Shown: one piece after another, positions 1-9,364 of the stretch
Position numbering within the stretch: the stretch's first letter is position 1
Layout of the letters: each line of letters opens with the position of its first letter
Assembly (NCBI GenBank): GCA_041946805.1
Contig: JBHGBC010000082.1
Location: forward strand, 1 to 26,073
Direction: 5' to 3'
Origin: a bacterium
Lineage (GTDB): Bacteria; Hinthialibacterota; Hinthialibacteria; Hinthialibacterales; Hinthialibacteraceae
DNA length: 26,073 bases
Translations under genes and position numbers: made by a program
Notes under the pieces: model-generated
The model's database searches: none
Told to the model about the DNA's origin: nothing
What the model saw: only the letters and a program-made list of their open reading frames with translations

Positions 1-880
1 CTGGGTGTCCACCCGGATTAGCGAGTGAATGAAAGGCCTTTTGCACTAGCAGGTACGAACTTGCCGGATGAACCATAAATACTGGATATAGGGGCTGATG
101 GACTTGCTGATTCGTTTGAGGCGTTTTTTCCTGGAGGAGACCGTCCGCCAATCCGCTTCACAAAACGGTGAGGGCCGTTCCTTCACCCGTCACCATGTAA
201 CAAAGATTCATAAATATTTCATTTCTAATATTATTCATAAGGGAAGAAGGAAACCTGCTTCATTATGTAAATTATACTGGAACATCCGCGGAGGAGGAGG
301 AACAGCCTGCCTGGGAACGCCGGCGCGAGACTGCCCAAGGGGCCATCCGCCGGAAATGCGGCTGATAACCATGGCCGGCGCCCAGGCCAGGATGCGGAAG
401 GAGGAAAGGATTGATCCGTCCCATGAATCATTCTTGAGGAACGTAGTCCATCGATTATTCGAGATTCATCCAGCCAATGCGTGTTTTTTTCCTCCGATGG
501 CCGCGCGGCATCCAACCGGGGCGATCAAAGAGGTCCACGTCACCCCCCCGGAAAGGAGTCCGGATGAGGAATTTTTCAGGGACAGCCCTCCATGTTCCCG
601 CTCAGAACGGCCCAGGATTGCATCGCATTATCCCTCCCACAGGCTCCCTTCCCGGATGAACCTCGGTTACGATTCCTCGTTCACGGAAACATTCAATCCA
701 CGATCGATGCGGCAGGCTGCATTTAATTTTACATTTCCAATTTACAATTTAATTATATTTTAACGCATTGATATCATCCATATTGATTTTTTTTATTGTT
801 TTTGCCATTTTTACAAAAGGACGAATTGCACTCCCCAAGGACATTCGGGAGGCGGCCCGATCCCTTAGGATTCAGGATTT

Positions 881-899
881 TGTAAGTGAATTCCTTACA
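881..899. promoter_or_regulatory. Inverted repeat TGTAAG-N7-CTTACA, putative LuxR/NarL-family (GacA/UvrY/RcsB-like) binding site
   Basis: TGTAAG at 881-886 and CTTACA at 894-899 in an AT-rich tract. The GacA-box consensus is TGTAAG-N6-CTTACA, so the spacer is 1 nt longer here. A weaker TTAG..CTAA dyad follows at 905-921. Confidence 0.4.
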
Positions 900-921
900 T
901 TTTTTTAGAAAAAAACCCTAA

Positions 922-950
922 TAGACCAAGGATCATTTAACATGTACATT
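922..950 (+). promoter_or_regulatory. Putative sigma70 promoter
   Basis: TAGACC (922-927), 17-nt spacer, TACATT (945-950); 4/6 match to consensus at each hexamer; lies directly downstream of the palindrome. Confidence 0.4.
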
Positions 951-2357
951 ACTAATTACCAATGAATATGCAATGAGGGTAGATGAGAGAGGTGTCGAAG
1001 CTGATCCTGCAATAGAGCGTATCGGTTGCACCCATTCCACCATCTCCATCCTAAACAACTGCGTTTGTTTCTGTGCGGTTCGATCTAGTTCCATGGCCGG
1101 GTTAGGGAAATCATTCTTTCGACCACCAGGTATGAGAGCTGGGAGGTGGCTTATTTAATCACATCAGGATGATCCCGGGAATCATCCTCCCGGTTGCCCG
1201 AACGGGAATCTCACATGCGGACGGGAATGCCAAGCAGAAAACCGGAAGGCCGGAAGGGGGCCGGGAGGTGTTCCCTCATCGCAAGGAAGTGGAAAGCGGA
1301 GGGGTCCGGCCGGGGAACAAAGAGCCGGCCACGATCGCGGATCCGATAAGTTGGATCGAACCGGCCGGGCGGGAATCATTCGCCGGCCGGACGGTGGCCG
1401 CGGCGCATGGGGCTGTGAACGATGAGTGCGGCGGGAAATAACGGTTGGAGGTTATCCAGGGCTGCACGAGGCGTGGGACAGCCGCATTCCCCAGAGGACC
1501 GCCGCAAACGAACACCCGCGGGCGGCGCCCGGCAATATCCAGAAAAAGGAGGAAACATCGGAAACGGCGCCAGGTGACGGCGGGCGGTTGCAACCGGGCC
1601 AAGCCCTTCTTCCGTTGTCCCCTGTCGTTCCGGCGGAACATGAATCAAAAGTCCCCGGTTTATGCAGGTCCGGTTCTCTCTTCCTTTTCCCGCATTTTTT
1701 CCGAAAAGGGGAGGCGCCTGAGATCGGCCAGGTGCGCGGACGGACCGGGCGGGCGGGAATTCAGCCGAAAGGATTGAAAAACAAGTACATGGTTCGGTAG
1801 GGCAAGGGCGGATTTTTGATCGGTCCGGTCTGTCGGAAGATCCCGCAGCCCCGGCAAGGCGGCTGGAGGCGGCTGATTACCCCAAGCCGGGCGGGCCGGG
1901 TAGATGGAAGCAAGAAAAACGACGGGCAAGAGCTTCCAGGGGCGCAGCGGGATATACCGGTCGGGAAATCCAGAGCAACACGATAAGGGTTCGGCGGGGG
2001 GTCTATTTCATGGAGATAACGGCGAACAATCCACGGCAATCGATTATCCGATTCCTGATTCATAATTAATGTGCTTGAGGGAAGCGCTCCTTTCTTCACG
2101 GATTCCGGATGAAGAAAGCGGGATGCCGGATTTCATCACATAAGATCCCGCACGGAGGGGATCAAAAGGCCGGATGAATCTCCTAGAGGACAGGCTAGGC
2201 CCGTGATTTCCGCCGGATTCGGCGCGATGTTCGAACGGACCAGGGGGTAAGGAAGCACCGATCGCACTCATTTTTCATCCGGTTCGTGAGGGGCGGCAGG
2301 CAATCGCGAACGCGAGGCCTATTCCGAAACAATCTATATCATGATATCGAGGTTATC

Positions 2358-3533
2358 ATGTCCGGTCCACAAACTCTGCAAACACTGAAAAGGTTTCTGA
2401 ATTATGTGCGGATGCGGTTCTTGCTGCGGATCCATTCGGCGCAACAAATCCGCGGCATCATTGAACGGGAACGGTCGCGGTCCGACCGCTTCAGCAGCGA
2501 GTTTTCACTCGTGATGTTCGACTTGGATATCGAGAACGGTCATTATTTGTACATCTGGCATCTGGTCCAAACCTTACATTCCCGCATCCGGTGCTATGAT
2601 GATATTGGATGGTTTGACGGCTGGCACATCGGCGTTGTACTGCCGAACACCTCGTACCGGGAAGCCGTGAGTTTCGCGGAAGAAATAAGTCGCAAGATCA
2701 ATAAGTATGATATTTCATACCTGCGGTATGAAATTTATACTTATCCCGGTCATTGGATCAATAAACATCATTTGGTCACGAAATATCCCGCCCCGATGGA
2801 TAAAACGTTTGAAAAGCGTTCCTCGTTCATTCAGATTGACGCGGATTCCTCTCACGTCCCGCGGTTCGTCGAATCCGCGACGATCGCGTTTGCGGAAGCC
2901 ACGGTTCTTCCCAATCAAATGCTCTTGCAGCCGATTCCCATTTGGAAACGCTGCATGGATATACTCGTCGCGCTCACGCTGCTCATCCTGTTCTCGCCGG
3001 TGATGATCGGGGCGGCGGTTTTGATCAAACTGACATCGAAGGGACCCATTTTTTATGTGCAAAAAAGGACCGGATATAACTTAAAGCGCTTCAATTTTTA
3101 CAAATTCCGGTCCATGTACATGGGGGCCGATCTGCTGGTCAAGGATCTGGAAGCCGTGAATGAATGGAATGGCAAGGCTCCCCTGGTCCTGATCAAAAAC
3201 GACCCCCGGATCACGCCGGTGGGGAAATGGCTGCGGAAGACGAGCGTGGACGAACTGCCCCAATTATTCAACGTATTAAAGGGTGATTTATCCTTGATCG
3301 GCCCGCGGGCGCAATCGGCTTATCCGTCGCAATACGATTTATGGCAGTTGCGCCGCTATTCGGTCCGGCCGGGCGTGGCGTGCCGCTGGCAAGCGGAACG
3401 GCGCGGGGAAACGGATTTTGTCGCGTGGATGCGAAGCGATCTGCGCTACACGAGAAAAATCTCCCTCCGGGCGGATCTGAAATTGTTTTACCATATACTC
3501 GTCAAGGTATTGAGCTGCAAGGGTTCCTGTTGA
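2358..3533 (+). CDS. Priming phosphoglycosyl transferase (Bac_transf, WcaJ/CpsE/PglC-like) with N-terminal degenerate GGDEF-like domain
   Basis: C-terminal KRCMDI-hydrophobic helix-GPIFYVQKRTG, YKFRSM, DPRITPVGKWLRKTSVDELPQLFNVLKGDLSLIGPR. N-terminal RERSRSDRF-SLVMFDLD...RCYD-IGWFDGWHIGVVLPNT...A..FAEEI is GGDEF-fold-like. Start moved to ATG 2358 (GAGG at 2349-2352). Confidence 0.9.
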   Translation: MSGPQTLQTLKRFLNYVRMRFLLRIHSAQQIRGIIERERSRSDRFSSEFSLVMFDLDIENGHYLYIWHLVQTLHSRIRCYDDIGWFDGWHIGVVLPNTSYREAVSFAEEISRKINKYDISYLRYEIYTYPGHWINKHHLVTKYPAPMDKTFEKRSSFIQIDADSSHVPRFVESATIAFAEATVLPNQMLLQPIPIWKRCMDILVALTLLILFSPVMIGAAVLIKLTSKGPIFYVQKRTGYNLKRFNFYKFRSMYMGADLLVKDLEAVNEWNGKAPLVLIKNDPRITPVGKWLRKTSVDELPQLFNVLKGDLSLIGPRAQSAYPSQYDLWQLRRYSVRPGVACRWQAERRGETDFVAWMRSDLRYTRKISLRADLKLFYHILVKVLSCKGSC

Positions 3534-3558
3534 TGATTCACCATTGTTGATCATAGAA

Positions 3559-4875
3559 ATGTCCAAGATGAATCTTCCCGAAAGGATCAGAATCTTTCTG
3601 ACGGAGACCGCGCCGGTCGATGGATCGCTTTCCATACTGGATCAGGCCGTATGCAGCGCGACCACTTTTCTGACGGGGGTGCTCATCGCCAATACGGCCG
3701 GCACAAGCGAATTGGGGTATTACACGTTAATATTGAGCATCATCATGCTGGGGGGCGAGCTGCAAAACTCCCTGATCATCATCCCCTACACGGTTTTGTA
3801 TCCGCAGACCGCGGGAAGGGACCGGCCGGATTTCTTGAACAACGCCGTCCTCCAGCAGTTTATCCTCATCTTTTTTTTATTGGCTTTCATCGCCCTCGGC
3901 CATGCGGGCCTGCCGTTCACCTGCGGTTCCCTGAACATCCATTACATTCTGGTGAGCCTGGCGGTGGCCCTGCCCGGCATGATGATCCGGCAGTTCGCCC
4001 GCCTGGTCTCGTTTTCCCACTTGCGGCTTTGGACCACGCTGATCCTGGATGCAAGCACTGGGATCCTGCAAATCGGCGGCCTCTGCGGATTGATGTATTT
4101 CGGTCGGCTGGGCTCCGCCTTTCACGCCTTTTGCGTCATCGGCGCCGCCTGCACTCTCAGCGGCGTCTTTTGGATTCTCCGGCAAGACGTGTTCGTCCGG
4201 CTCCATTGGATGCATGCCTTCCGCACCATCCAGGACAACTGGAAATACTCCAAATGGCTTGTGAACACCATCCCGGTCGCCTATCTGCGGGGACAGCTGG
4301 GGATCTGGATGTTGACGATCTTCTACGACTCCTATCATACGGGACTTTTTTCGGCGTGTTTCGCCATCACCTCTATCGGCAACATGTTTGTTCTGGGACT
4401 GGGGAACTTCATCGGATCCATGTCATGCCACAAATATGACAAAAACGATGTCGTGCCCATGTTAAAATTCATCATTTATATTACGATCTTTATCGGTGTG
4501 TTTACCGGCGCCTTTTGCGGGATCATGGTGATTTGGGGTTCCACGATCGTGAGTTTCGTGTACGGCAGCGAATACAGCGGATTGGGGATGGCGATTTCCG
4601 TCCTCGCCGTCAGCAGTTTCGTCTGGTCGTTGTCGACGCCGACCTACCGCGGCCTGATCGCGATCAACCAATCCCAAGTCATCATGATGACCGAATTGTT
4701 GATCCTGTGCGTGAATATCGTCTTGGGATACTGGCTGATCCTGGTTCACGGCGTTTCCGGAGCGGCCTGGACGGTCATGGCCGGCAACTCCGTGGGTTCG
4801 GTCTTCCAAATCAGCCTGTTTTTCAAGCATATTCAACATTGCAAGAAAAATTCCTGCGTGGCCCACCCGGCCTGA
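3559..4875 (+). CDS. Wzx-like oligosaccharide flippase / polysaccharide biosynthesis membrane protein (MOP superfamily)
   Basis: About 12 hydrophobic segments, SILDQAVCSATTFLTGVLIA..SELGYY N-terminus, VYGSEY loop, GVSGAAW last hairpin; follows the sugar transferase. Start uncertain (3544/3559/3568). Confidence 0.8.
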   Translation: MSKMNLPERIRIFLTETAPVDGSLSILDQAVCSATTFLTGVLIANTAGTSELGYYTLILSIIMLGGELQNSLIIIPYTVLYPQTAGRDRPDFLNNAVLQQFILIFFLLAFIALGHAGLPFTCGSLNIHYILVSLAVALPGMMIRQFARLVSFSHLRLWTTLILDASTGILQIGGLCGLMYFGRLGSAFHAFCVIGAACTLSGVFWILRQDVFVRLHWMHAFRTIQDNWKYSKWLVNTIPVAYLRGQLGIWMLTIFYDSYHTGLFSACFAITSIGNMFVLGLGNFIGSMSCHKYDKNDVVPMLKFIIYITIFIGVFTGAFCGIMVIWGSTIVSFVYGSEYSGLGMAISVLAVSSFVWSLSTPTYRGLIAINQSQVIMMTELLILCVNIVLGYWLILVHGVSGAAWTVMAGNSVGSVFQISLFFKHIQHCKKNSCVAHPA

Positions 4876-5165
4876 CGGTCCGGGTGGAAGGCGGGGCCCG
4901 GGCGGGATGGTTCAATCCCGCGGCGGAACGGGTGATCCCGAAAGGAGGGAAGCCGGGGGCGCGGCGGCCACGGGAAGCGGCCCGGCCGCGAAGACGCCGG
5001 CGTCCGCTTCCCCTCAAGACAGCCATCGATCAGGAGGAGAAAGCGAAGCCTATCGCAGCCGGCGGGGATTATCGAAAGGGGCGCCAATGCCTTTGTGAGG
5101 ATTTCAATCAACTTATCCAGGGAATGGATCCGGATGATGCGGTAAGGTGCGGTCAAGTGGCCAGA

Positions 5166-7109
5166 ATGCATGAGCAACCATTCTTTTTTGGGGAAGCCGG
5201 GAAAAAACTCTACGGAGTGATCTACCCGCCGGCGGCCGGCCGTTGGATCAATGGCGGGTGGGTCCTCTGTGCGCCGTACGGCATCGAGCGCTTCAACTCC
5301 CGGCGGTTCCTGGTGAAATGGTCGCGGGAATTGTCCCAGTTGGGATACTGGGTTTTGCGGTTCGACTACCGGGGGCGCGGGGACAGCACGGGCCGGTTCG
5401 AAGATTACACCATGGAGGACCACGTGGAAGACATCCACGCCGCGGTCCGGGAATTGGAGAGAAAGGCCGGCGTCCCCTGCCGGGGGCTTTGCGGTTTGCG
5501 GTTGGGAGCCACCTTGGCGGCGGAAACCGTCCGGCGGACCGGCGGGAACCCCATGTTGGTGTTGTGGGAACCGGTCGTGCAGGGGAAAGAATACATCAAC
5601 GAGTTGCTCCGGGCGGCGATGGCGGGCGAGATGATCCAAGTGGGGGAGAAAGGCCGGACGCGGGTCCAACTGCGCGCGGATTTGGAGAACAATCAGGACG
5701 TCGTGGTCCAAGGATGCTTCTTGACCCGGAAGATGTATCATTCCCTCTCCGCGGTGGACTTGTTGTGCCAGCCGCGGCCGGGAAAGGGGCCGATCCTGAT
5801 CCTGAACATTCTGGGCAATCCGAATCAAGCCCCTAGCACGATTTTCGGTCTTCTGCATAAAAAATACGCAAAGGGAGGGGAAGTCTCGCTGGAAACGTGC
5901 CAGGCTCCGGTTCCCTGGGTCGGAGACCGGCAATACGTAACCGACACGGAGGCCATTTTCCGCCACACCGTCTCCTGGATCCTGGACCATGACACTCATT
6001 CCACTTCCGGCAATCCCATCCCGTGGGAACCGGGTGCCAAACCGCCGGCCGGGAACTCGAAGGGGATTCACGTGGTTTCCGCGCATAACGGATCGCTTCG
6101 GAAGGACGACGAACGCCTGGTGCGTTTTCTGGTCAAGGGGATCCCGATCTGGGGGATCTTGAAAGAGCCGGCGCCGGGGGATCCGAAGAAACCCCTGGTG
6201 ATCATGCAGGGGCGCCGTTCCCTCTACCGGAGCCTGGCGGGCAAACTGGCGGAAAAGGGATGGGCTTCGCTGTGTTTCGATCCGCGCGGTTTCGGGGAAA
6301 GCCTGGGAGATTGGGATTTCACGACGGAAGGCGAACTGTTTTACGCGATGGAGACCGGCCTGATGTACGAGGATTGCGTGGGGGCGGTCCATTTCGCGGA
6401 ACGGAAACTCGGGTATTCGTCCTGTGTGCTGATCGGATTATGCGGCGACGCCATCACCGCGGTGCTGGCGGCGGCCAATGATCCCCGGATCCGGGGAATC
6501 GTTCCCCTCGAACTGCCTTTCCGGCAGAGTTGCAAAAACTACTACGAGGGCGCGGCGGACTACTTGGTGTTCCTGCTCTCCTCCAAACTGTACAAGCCTC
6601 ACCTCAAGTCGTCTCTGCGGGTCAAGATCTGGAAGCGGATTAAACCGCTGATCTTCAAGTGGATCCATTGCATGCGCGCGGGGTTGTCGCAGGTGTCCGG
6701 CCTGTATTCTCCCACGAGCCACCTCCGGTTGCTGCAAAAGAAGTTCGGGCCGCGGCTGAACAAACACCTGTTTCACGCATTCCAGAACGACTTGCACAAA
6801 AACCTGCCGGTTCTCTGCCTCTTCGGCAGCACCAATAATTTCACCGATTTTTCCACGGTTCTGGAATTCATCGGCCGGGACCAAAACGATATTAATTTAT
6901 CCCTCCACTATCACGTGATTCCCAAGGCGGATCATGCGTTTTCCCATCCCAACCATACCGAGGCCATGATTGAGGTCATCCTCGCGTGGTTGGAAAAAAC
7001 GATCGCGCAGGCCACTCCGGCGCCTCTGGTGTATCACCCGGAAAGGGAACGGCCCCAGGTCGATTCCTCCCTCGAGAAGGGGAATCCCGGAACGTCCGGA
7101 TTGCCCTGA
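5166..7109 (+). CDS. Two-domain alpha/beta hydrolase: exosortase-A-system hydrolase 2-like domain fused to hydrolase 1-like domain
   Basis: Domain 1: PFFF..LYGVIYPP, APYGIERFNSRR, VLRFDYRGRGDSTG, GLRLGA, LVLWEPVVQGKEY. Domain 2: ERLVRF, CFDPRGFGESLG, IGLCGDA, DPRIRGIV, ADHAFS. Start taken at ATG 5166 (5124 possible); the 4515-5165 ORF extension is low-complexity and overlaps the flippase. Confidence 0.8.
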   Translation: MHEQPFFFGEAGKKLYGVIYPPAAGRWINGGWVLCAPYGIERFNSRRFLVKWSRELSQLGYWVLRFDYRGRGDSTGRFEDYTMEDHVEDIHAAVRELERKAGVPCRGLCGLRLGATLAAETVRRTGGNPMLVLWEPVVQGKEYINELLRAAMAGEMIQVGEKGRTRVQLRADLENNQDVVVQGCFLTRKMYHSLSAVDLLCQPRPGKGPILILNILGNPNQAPSTIFGLLHKKYAKGGEVSLETCQAPVPWVGDRQYVTDTEAIFRHTVSWILDHDTHSTSGNPIPWEPGAKPPAGNSKGIHVVSAHNGSLRKDDERLVRFLVKGIPIWGILKEPAPGDPKKPLVIMQGRRSLYRSLAGKLAEKGWASLCFDPRGFGESLGDWDFTTEGELFYAMETGLMYEDCVGAVHFAERKLGYSSCVLIGLCGDAITAVLAAANDPRIRGIVPLELPFRQSCKNYYEGAADYLVFLLSSKLYKPHLKSSLRVKIWKRIKPLIFKWIHCMRAGLSQVSGLYSPTSHLRLLQKKFGPRLNKHLFHAFQNDLHKNLPVLCLFGSTNNFTDFSTVLEFIGRDQNDINLSLHYHVIPKADHAFSHPNHTEAMIEVILAWLEKTIAQATPAPLVYHPERERPQVDSSLEKGNPGTSGLP

Positions 7110-7274
7110 CTGGCGGACACGGATTGTCGCAAGTCGGCGGGCAGATCCCATTCCTCGGACAGGGGCGGGCGGCAGGGGAAGCGCGAGCGCTCTTTCCCTC
7201 CCCGCCTGGCGCACATCGCTCTCCGATCTCCCTTCCCGGCTGATCAAAACGCTTCCCGCGGATCTCCCCCCGCT

Positions 7275-9299
7275 TCACGGCTTCACCGGTTTGTACAACA
7301 GCACGCGCGCGCCGGGCTGGTCCGGGATCTCCACGGTGAGACCGCTCTCCATGAGGACTTTGCCGCTTTGGATCTCCGGCTTTCCCCCCGGGGAGTTGGT
7401 GATCTCATATCGGCTATCCGGATCCAGGCCTTGGAGGCGGAAGGTCATCGCGGCGGTTCCGCATCGCGGGCGGCGGAAGGCCTCCACGACGCCATCGCCC
7501 GATTCGGTCCGGTGGAACTGCCAGGCGATCCATTGATCTTCGCCGATATTGTAGGGCGTGAGGGGATAATAATCACCATAATAGCAAGGCGCGATTCGCC
7601 GCCACTCTTCCGTCAATTGGCGGAGCCGGTCATAGTCCAGGTCCTTCCGCCGCATGTCATAGCCCAGGACCACACCCATCGCGTGGCCGCTGCGAAAGGC
7701 GTAGGTGTCGATCGTGTCGATCGGCAGCGTGTTCGAGGCGAAATAGGGAATCCACTGGAACAGGCTGGCGTGGAACGCCTGTTTGACGGTCAAATTGGAA
7801 TAGTTGTAATCGGTGGGATGCAAGGCCACGGCCCGGCGCATGGTCTCCAGGTCGTTCCGCCGGCCGCCGGAGGCGCAGCTGTCGATGAACAGGTCGGGAT
7901 GGCGCTCCCGCAAGGCGTCCCAGTAGGCCAGGTAGTTTTGGATATGCAGGTTTTCCGTGATTCCCTGGCGGTCGGGCCGGTCGTTCTTGCGCCAGAACTC
8001 CAGGGGATCCATGTTGAAATCCTGGCGGTAGAAATGGATGCCTTGCTCGCTCAGCGTGCGGTCGACGTGATCGGTCAACCATTGCCGCACAACCGGCAAA
8101 CCGAGATTCAGCAAGGTCTTGCCCAACAGCCAGCTGGGATGGTGGTCCGCGATCCAGGTCCCCTGGGCCACCCGCTCCGGTTCGAACCAGACGAGGGTTT
8201 TCACGCCTTGCTGGAGCGCGTGATCGCTGACGGCGCGCAAGCCTTTCGGGAATCGTTGCGGATCGGGTTCCCACGTGCCGGTTTGGGGCCAATTGTCGCA
8301 GGGATACCAGCCGGCATCCATCCACCAGAAGTCTAGTTTTATGCGTTCTTCCTGGTACCGGTTGATGAAATACATTTGGTCTTGATCGGTCGCATTGACC
8401 ATCTCGTTGAACCACAAGGAAGTATTGCCGAATAAGAATGGCGAGGGCAGCCGGCCTTCCGCGCGGGGGACGTTGTGCGTCCACATCCATTTCCGCCACA
8501 GGTTCTGCGCCCGTTCGGTATCGTCTCCTTGCCAGAACACCATGGCGATCAGGGGTGAACGCACCTGCTCGCCCGGTTGGAGAGTCAGATGCGTCAATTC
8601 CTGACCGGCTGTAATCCGAAGGCCGTTCGTGGCGTCCCGGATGAAGGCGGTGGCCCATTGCCCCGGCCAGCCGACGGCCAGCAGAATCCCGCCGCCCGGC
8701 ATCACCAGGTTGTAATATGGGAACGCGCCGTTGCTGCCCCGCCCGCCGTTGGGGGCGAAGCGCCGGCGGGCGCCGGATTCGAGGGGCAGTTCGAACGGCC
8801 GGTACAGGTCCTCATTGAACGTATCGCCATTCCAATGGCGCAGAACGAATTCACCTTCCGGTCCACGTTCGAATTGCGCGTCCAGCGCTTGGATGTTCTC
8901 CAGGAGCGGCGTGTCCCATGGACCTGTGTTCTTGAAATACACGGTCCATTCGATGGCGGGGAAGTCCGCGTAGTCCACGGCCACGCAGCGGATTTCCAGC
9001 GCCTTCTTCGGATCGGTCCACGTAAACGTGTGCCGGGTGCGCGCGTTATCCAGCTTTTCGAACGTGGAATTCATGGGCCAAGCCGCCATCCATTCCTCGG
9101 ATGATTTGCCGTCATAGGTGAATGAAAACGGCAACCGGGGCGTGGTTTTCAACCAGTGTTCATGCACCCACTGGTCCTTCATCTTCCGATCGGGCGGTGT
9201 GACATCCACGGACCAACCGGCTTGGCTGAAGAGACACATCCCCAGAACCATCACGCTGGCGCAGAGGCTTGCGCAGGATTGGAGTTGATTGAGGAACAT
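7275..9299 (-). CDS. Alpha-galactosidase, glycoside hydrolase family 36 (probably secreted)
   Basis: FWWMDAGWY, VWFEPERV, YRQDFN (nucleophile Asp region), IDSCASGGRRNDL, C-terminal LQGLDPDSRYEI; N-terminal hydrophobic signal-like segment. Confidence 0.9.
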   Translation of the reverse strand: MFLNQLQSCASLCASVMVLGMCLFSQAGWSVDVTPPDRKMKDQWVHEHWLKTTPRLPFSFTYDGKSSEEWMAAWPMNSTFEKLDNARTRHTFTWTDPKKALEIRCVAVDYADFPAIEWTVYFKNTGPWDTPLLENIQALDAQFERGPEGEFVLRHWNGDTFNEDLYRPFELPLESGARRRFAPNGGRGSNGAFPYYNLVMPGGGILLAVGWPGQWATAFIRDATNGLRITAGQELTHLTLQPGEQVRSPLIAMVFWQGDDTERAQNLWRKWMWTHNVPRAEGRLPSPFLFGNTSLWFNEMVNATDQDQMYFINRYQEERIKLDFWWMDAGWYPCDNWPQTGTWEPDPQRFPKGLRAVSDHALQQGVKTLVWFEPERVAQGTWIADHHPSWLLGKTLLNLGLPVVRQWLTDHVDRTLSEQGIHFYRQDFNMDPLEFWRKNDRPDRQGITENLHIQNYLAYWDALRERHPDLFIDSCASGGRRNDLETMRRAVALHPTDYNYSNLTVKQAFHASLFQWIPYFASNTLPIDTIDTYAFRSGHAMGVVLGYDMRRKDLDYDRLRQLTEEWRRIAPCYYGDYYPLTPYNIGEDQWIAWQFHRTESGDGVVEAFRRPRCGTAAMTFRLQGLDPDSRYEITNSPGGKPEIQSGKVLMESGLTVEIPDQPGARVLLYKPVKP

Positions 9300-9364
9300 C
9301 GAAGATCTCCTTACCAGTAATGGATATTTGGGTGGATTTCGCGGTGCTCAATCCACCCTGCAAT

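Noticed and set aside
98..763. 221-aa plus-strand ORF
   Set aside because: No recognisable motif, Arg/Pro/Ser-rich composition, crosses sharply different GC segments; probably spurious, although a small real gene in 1-700 cannot be excluded.
973..2271. Multiple overlapping 60-125 aa ORFs on both strands
   Set aside because: Low-complexity Arg/Gly/Pro-rich translations with no family signal and no consistent RBS.
4863..4887. Hairpin CCACCCGG/CCGGGTGG at the flippase stop as an intrinsic terminator
   Set aside because: No U-tract follows, so it cannot be called a terminator.
4515..5165. N-terminal 217-aa extension of the hydrolase ORF, or a hidden acyl carrier protein gene in the gap
   Set aside because: Overlaps the flippase and is low-complexity; no DSL-type ACP motif is visible in 4876-5165.
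4833..6392. Long shadow ORFs (also 7368-8336, 10295-11452, 14406-15698, 18945-20312, 22309-23142, 23242-24513, 24574-25485)
   Set aside because: Antisense or off-frame to well-supported genes in GC-rich DNA; no motifs of their own.
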